Below, piece by piece: positions 59,361-64,000 of a stretch of 64,000 nt of DNA. The position numbers and the translations under genes are program-made. This DNA is from Candidatus Latescibacterota bacterium (lineage in GTDB: Bacteria; Latescibacterota; UBA2968; SICM01): the NCBI GenBank assembly GCA_965217865.1, contig CBDCJO010000002.1, forward strand, positions 5,408,001 through 5,472,000, given 5' to 3'. Under the pieces are notes generated by a model. That model searched no databases. It saw only the letters and a program-made list of their open reading frames with translations, and was not told where the DNA came from. Every line of letters begins with the position of its first letter. Within the stretch, counting starts at the first letter, position 1.

Positions 59361-61670
59361 ATGATTAGATTATTCTTATCCGCGCTTTCCCTTTTCTATA
59401 TCTGGGGAGAAACCGCTCAGGCGCAGAGCAAAAACGATTATCACTGGCCCATGGCTGCCAGGCGCGCCTTGACCTCCACATTCGGCGAGTACCGCCGGGG
59501 GCGTATTCACGCTGGAGTCGATCTGAAAACCTGGGGGAAGGAGGGTTATCCGGTCCTTGCAATCGATGACGGTTATGTCTGGAGAGTCCGAACGTCCCCC
59601 TGGGGATACGGCCGGGCTGTCTATCTGAAACTTCCGGACGGACGCACTGCGGTCTATGCCCACCTTTCTTCATTCCCTCCAAACATTGAAAAATCAGTCG
59701 AAGCCGAACAGGAGCGGAAAGGTACCTACAGTGTTGATATATACCCAGAGCCAACTCGAATCATCGTTAAAAAGGGAGATGTCGTTGGATATTCGGGCAG
59801 CAGCGGCTCCGGGAGCGCTCACCTACACTTCGAACTCCGAGACCACCACCAGAGGCCGATAAATCCCCTGGAATGCGGATTTAAAGTTAAGGATACGATC
59901 CCCCCATCCATCCGTGCACTTGCCCTTCTCCCCTTGAATCCCGCCTCTCGGGTAGAAGGGGACATCAAACCCCACCATTTTCGGGTTCGATGGGATAAGC
60001 GACGAAAAATATTCAGATCCTCCAGGCGCTTCCACGTTCGTGGATCCATCGGTGTGGGTATATCGGTTTACGACCGGGCGAACGCATCAAAATCTTCAAA
60101 TCGATTGGCCCCCTACAGCCTGACGCTTCAGATCGATGGTCGGGAGGTCTTTAGAACCACCTATTCCACTTTCGAATATGCCAGCAATCATCAGGTCGAG
60201 CTCGACCGGAATGTCGCTTTGCGCAGAAAGGGGGCCGGGCTTTTCAACAACATGTTCCGAAGACGGGGCAACCGGCTCCCGCTCTACGGAGACTTCCGGG
60301 AAGGGGATGGGATCCTCCATGCCGGTATAAATTCCGGCCGGGGAGGGGCCTATTTGAAGCAGGGGGTTCACCTTCTCAGGGTGGAGGCAGAGGACATTTC
60401 CGGAAACCGTTCTGCAGCCGAAGTGGAACTGCTGGCGAACGCTGGACCGATTGTGAGCGGTGTTGTTGCGGAGAAGGCAGGGACCGCAGTAGAAATATCC
60501 GCAAGGGTTAGGGACGACGATCGGGAAACGCTTATCATTACGTTCGAAAAGTCGCCGGACGAAGGCCGGTCCTGGCTTCCGATCTCCCGGCGCGAAATAC
60601 CCTCTGGGAGCCACGTTAAGGAGCGGCACGCCACCTCGGACGGCCTGATCTTTCGGGTCCTGGTAGCCGATGCTTACGGGTCGGAGTCATTCAAAACCTG
60701 CGCCCCCCTGTCCGGATCGGTTATGCCCCTTTCCTCGGACTCAATATTCACCTGCATTCCGGTATACTATCCGGACTATTCCGTCATCCGGATCCTTTCC
60801 AATCGATTCCTCGCTGCATCCCCTCAGGTGAAAGCGAGTTGGCCGGACGGATCCTCAAAGGGTCTTTTGATCAGACAGACCGGTCTGAAGAAATATGAAA
60901 CCATCTTGCCGTTCAATCCGGAGTCCAGCGGGGTGGTGAAGGTGAGCGTCTCTGGAAAGAGCCCCGACGGAATCGTGGGTCGTGGGAGCTGTGTCCTGAT
61001 CCAGCAGACGGTGAGGATATCCGGAGGCTCGGTCCGCTCGGATGATAGCGTCGCGCAAGTCCGGTTCGGTTCGAAAGCCGTTTACGAACCCCTTTTCGCA
61101 CGTGTGGAGTTAGCCGATTTTAAAGGAAAAACGGGGTTGATTCCGGTGGGAAAGGCCTACCGTTTTTCCCCTGAAGAGGTTCCCTTCAACGGCAAAGCAG
61201 AACTGAGCCTGCGCTATCCCCCCGGCTACAATGACCCGAGGAAATTGGGGATCTACAGGTTGGAAGATAAGGGAGGATGGAGCTTTATCGATAATCGGTT
61301 GAACCCAAAGACCGGAACCGTGGGCGCCAGAATTCCTTCTTTCTCGACTTACCGGCTTTTCCGGGATGAGGTGCCCCCGCTCGTAACCCGTCTCCGACCG
61401 AGGACCGGATCCAGGATCAAAAGCCGAAAACCCAGGCTTTCGGCAACCATCAGGGACAAGGGATCGGGGATTGGACGGGAGGAAGACATCGTGGTGCGGC
61501 TGGATGGTAAACCGTTGATCTTCGAGTACGATCCGGAAAAACAGAAAGTGATCGGTGTTCCAAAAATTCTGTTGCAACCGGGAACTCACATTTTCGAAGT
61601 CGTTGTTCGGGATATGTGCGGCAACGAGACCCTTTCAAAAAGCAGATTCACAATCAGGCGCAGAAGATAA
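59361..61670 (+). CDS. Secreted M23 family metallopeptidase with Ig-like C-terminal domains
   Basis: HAGVD, YAHL, HLHFELR, PINP. Confidence 0.9.
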   Translation: MIRLFLSALSLFYIWGETAQAQSKNDYHWPMAARRALTSTFGEYRRGRIHAGVDLKTWGKEGYPVLAIDDGYVWRVRTSPWGYGRAVYLKLPDGRTAVYAHLSSFPPNIEKSVEAEQERKGTYSVDIYPEPTRIIVKKGDVVGYSGSSGSGSAHLHFELRDHHQRPINPLECGFKVKDTIPPSIRALALLPLNPASRVEGDIKPHHFRVRWDKRRKIFRSSRRFHVRGSIGVGISVYDRANASKSSNRLAPYSLTLQIDGREVFRTTYSTFEYASNHQVELDRNVALRRKGAGLFNNMFRRRGNRLPLYGDFREGDGILHAGINSGRGGAYLKQGVHLLRVEAEDISGNRSAAEVELLANAGPIVSGVVAEKAGTAVEISARVRDDDRETLIITFEKSPDEGRSWLPISRREIPSGSHVKERHATSDGLIFRVLVADAYGSESFKTCAPLSGSVMPLSSDSIFTCIPVYYPDYSVIRILSNRFLAASPQVKASWPDGSSKGLLIRQTGLKKYETILPFNPESSGVVKVSVSGKSPDGIVGRGSCVLIQQTVRISGGSVRSDDSVAQVRFGSKAVYEPLFARVELADFKGKTGLIPVGKAYRFSPEEVPFNGKAELSLRYPPGYNDPRKLGIYRLEDKGGWSFIDNRLNPKTGTVGARIPSFSTYRLFRDEVPPLVTRLRPRTGSRIKSRKPRLSATIRDKGSGIGREEDIVVRLDGKPLIFEYDPEKQKVIGVPKILLQPGTHIFEVVVRDMCGNETLSKSRFTIRRRR

Positions 61671-61707
61671 ACCCCGGGTTTAATCAACGACTGCAAAGGA
61701 CGAGACA

Positions 61708-62739
61708 ATGAAAAGAAATCTATCCATGCGGGCCTACTTCGATAATCTGGTCGAGGGCTGGACCCCAAAACTTCACTTCAACACAGAGAACGACGGTTGG
61801 GAATCCTGGCGTGATCGGGCTTACGAAAAGTATATCGAGCTGTTGGGGGACTTCCCCGATCCGGTTCCCCTCGATGCGGAGGTCGAGAGCTCCGTGGAGG
61901 ACGGCGATGTGATCCGGGAGCGGGTTGTGTTCAACTCCGAAGCCTTTATGAGTGTGCCGTGTCAGGTCCTCAGGCCGAAGGATATGAAGTCCGACCAATC
62001 CAACCCGGCGATCTTATGCTCCCACGGCCACGGCCCCTTCGGGAAGGACTCTGTCGCGGGGATCAAGTCATCAACGGAAAGAGAGGCCAACATCGCACAA
62101 CTCAACTACGACTACGGGCTTCAGATGGCCCGCGTGGGGTACGTTACCCTGAGTCCGGACCTGAGGGGCTTCGGGGAGCGCAGGGATGGTCCGAACCCTT
62201 TCCCGGGCAAGGATCCATGCAACGTGAATTATGTCAGAGGAACGATGATGGGCCGATGGCCGCTTACCCAAAACATATGGGACATGAAATGCTGCGTGGA
62301 CTATCTCGAGACCCGTCCGGAGGTGGACCCCAAACGGATCGGCATGATGGGCCTGTCCCAGGGGGGCACGATGACTACCTTCACCGCTGCAGCCGAGCCC
62401 CGGATCGTCGCAGCGGATATCATCGGCTATATAAATCCCTGGAAGGATTTTGCGATAAATCGCATGCAAATTTGCGGCTCACAGGTCGTTCCCCGGATAC
62501 TCGAATGGTTTGACACGGATGACATCGCGGGACTCATAGCACCCAGGCCCCTCATGCTGGATATGGGCATATACGATGAATGTTTCTTCATCCACGATCT
62601 GCTCAAGGGGTACGAAGGGGTTAAAAAGATCTATGAGGCCGCTGGAGCTTCCGACAAGATCTGGAAGCATATCCATCCCCACGGCCACAGCTTCGGGGGT
62701 GTTGATCGGGCAGCGGAGTTTTTCGGAAAATACCTCTAA
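61708..62739 (+). CDS. Alpha/beta hydrolase (dienelactone hydrolase/acetylesterase-like)
   Basis: HGHG, GFGER, GLSQGG nucleophile elbow, IAPRPL, GHSF. Confidence 0.9.
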   Translation: MKRNLSMRAYFDNLVEGWTPKLHFNTENDGWESWRDRAYEKYIELLGDFPDPVPLDAEVESSVEDGDVIRERVVFNSEAFMSVPCQVLRPKDMKSDQSNPAILCSHGHGPFGKDSVAGIKSSTEREANIAQLNYDYGLQMARVGYVTLSPDLRGFGERRDGPNPFPGKDPCNVNYVRGTMMGRWPLTQNIWDMKCCVDYLETRPEVDPKRIGMMGLSQGGTMTTFTAAAEPRIVAADIIGYINPWKDFAINRMQICGSQVVPRILEWFDTDDIAGLIAPRPLMLDMGIYDECFFIHDLLKGYEGVKKIYEAAGASDKIWKHIHPHGHSFGGVDRAAEFFGKYL

Positions 62740-62760
62740 AACCCGGCCGAAAAGCCCTAT

Positions 62761-63080
62761 CTAGAGTCCTGAAGGTTCTCCGCGTGAAAAACCGGGCCGG
62801 GATTCAAGCTCCTCGATCGTACGGGGCCAATCCCCTTTGAGCAGCCTGGAAAGCCCGCGATCCGCCAGGACCTTTCCCCCTGTCTGACATCTCGGACAAT
62901 AGTTCGTCTCGTTCTCCGCGTAAACGATCCGCTGAACCGATGTTCCGCATCGAGGACACGGCTTCCCGACACCGAGCGAAGAAAAAAAGGACTCTTGAGG
63001 TGGATGCGTTCGATCGCCCGGCCCTGGATCAATCTCTCAAGCGCCTCGATGTAGGCAACGATGTCAGGCAGTTCCGGCAC
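62761..63080 (-). pseudogene. Fpg/Nei family DNA glycosylase with large internal deletion and frameshift
   Basis: Starts MPELPD; near 62970 jumps out of frame to [28 protein letters not shown] zinc finger and LSRLLK.DWPRT tail. Confidence 0.88.
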
Positions 63081-63097
63081 CGGTTTTTACCTCTTGA

Positions 63098-63964
63098 TTA
63101 TTCATAGTAACATTCAAATAAAGCCTGTATCGATCCGTCAAACTCCGCCCGCTGCAAATCCCCTCCCCAGGACTGATTTCCTCCCGTAAAGAAGACCCGT
63201 GTTACCCCCTGCCACTCGACCAGATCCGGATCGGATGCATTGCATTCTTTTCCGCCCTGGGGATGATCCGGATGGACAACCCGATCCGGATCCGGGGAGA
63301 TGACCGGTCCTCTTGTTGCATCCTCCCACGTTATCAGGTCTTTCGATCGGGTCAGCCACGTTTCAAACCACCACTTCGGTTTCAGGTACGCCAGATAGAG
63401 CATGTAGAAATATCCGCCGGCGTACCGGATCGCGGGACAGGCTGCGTACTTGTCCTTGCCGTAGATGGCGTCGGGGATTTTTTTCCACGTCTGAAGGTCA
63501 CCGGAAACCGAAAATTTAATCGTGAATTTCGGGTAAGCCGGATCGTTGCTCTCATAGGCCATCACAAACCGTTCTCCATCGTGACAAACGGATTGGTTGA
63601 AGAGGTTCTCGTCCTCGTTTCCCGATAAAACGATCTTCGGATCAGTCCATCGGATCAGATCTTCTGAACGGGACAGATTCACATCCCGCGGGCCTGTCTC
63701 CGTCAGACGTGCGGCGAAGACGTACAATGCCTTATCCCAGACGAGGGCGGATGCAAAATAGAACCCATCCATGCACCTTCCCAGAATTTCGTCCGTTTCC
63801 GGATCGTGGATCCTTACAAAATATTTTTCCAGTTCCGGCGGCCTGTCCCACTGACACTGCCACGTTTCGACCAGAAGCAGCCGGTCTTTCCACACAACAG
63901 GGGTTTGTTCAACCACCGGCGAATCAAGGCTCCCCGTCTTTATTAATCTATTCTTCCAACCCAT
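63098..63964 (-). CDS. Beta-propeller glycosidase-like protein
   Basis: Repeated S.DL..W boxes, ACPAIR, NASDPD. Confidence 0.7.
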   Translation of the reverse strand: MGWKNRLIKTGSLDSPVVEQTPVVWKDRLLLVETWQCQWDRPPELEKYFVRIHDPETDEILGRCMDGFYFASALVWDKALYVFAARLTETGPRDVNLSRSEDLIRWTDPKIVLSGNEDENLFNQSVCHDGERFVMAYESNDPAYPKFTIKFSVSGDLQTWKKIPDAIYGKDKYAACPAIRYAGGYFYMLYLAYLKPKWWFETWLTRSKDLITWEDATRGPVISPDPDRVVHPDHPQGGKECNASDPDLVEWQGVTRVFFTGGNQSWGGDLQRAEFDGSIQALFECYYE

Positions 63965-64000
63965 CGTAACCCCCCCGCGGTCGTGATGCCTTTCTGTTGT

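Overview
Bacterial chromosomal window, standard genetic code. Several cues point to Latescibacterota or a related FCB-group lineage (inference): a GDFDGDxxVDFDDFFxFAANFG dockerin-like remnant, an orphan fliG and many sugar-acid catabolic enzymes. 1-12.1 kb is core translation/RNA-processing genes (nusA end, infB, DUF503, rbfA, truB, ribF, rpsO, pnp, M16 peptidase, asnS). A XerC/D dif-like site at 12679-12706 sits next to an HTH/coiled-coil/amphipathic-tail gene and a patch of gene relics (porin fragment, arsC, internally deleted fliG, receiver-domain fragment). 15.9-20.4 kb is a minus-strand porin + 14-heme cytochrome + lipoprotein cytochrome operon, a candidate extracellular electron conduit. 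Across 20.5-52 kb, interleaved with catabolic genes, is the best candidate for an undescribed system: four cobalamin-dependent radical SAM enzymes, two class I methyltransferases, ManA/ManC, two GT4 glycosyltransferases (one probably fused to a nucleotidyltransferase-like domain), a priming sugar transferase and a flippase, suggesting radical-SAM tailoring of a surface glycan. Four single-base frameshifts look like sequencing indels; several genes carry internal deletions. No rRNA, tRNA or CRISPR array was seen.
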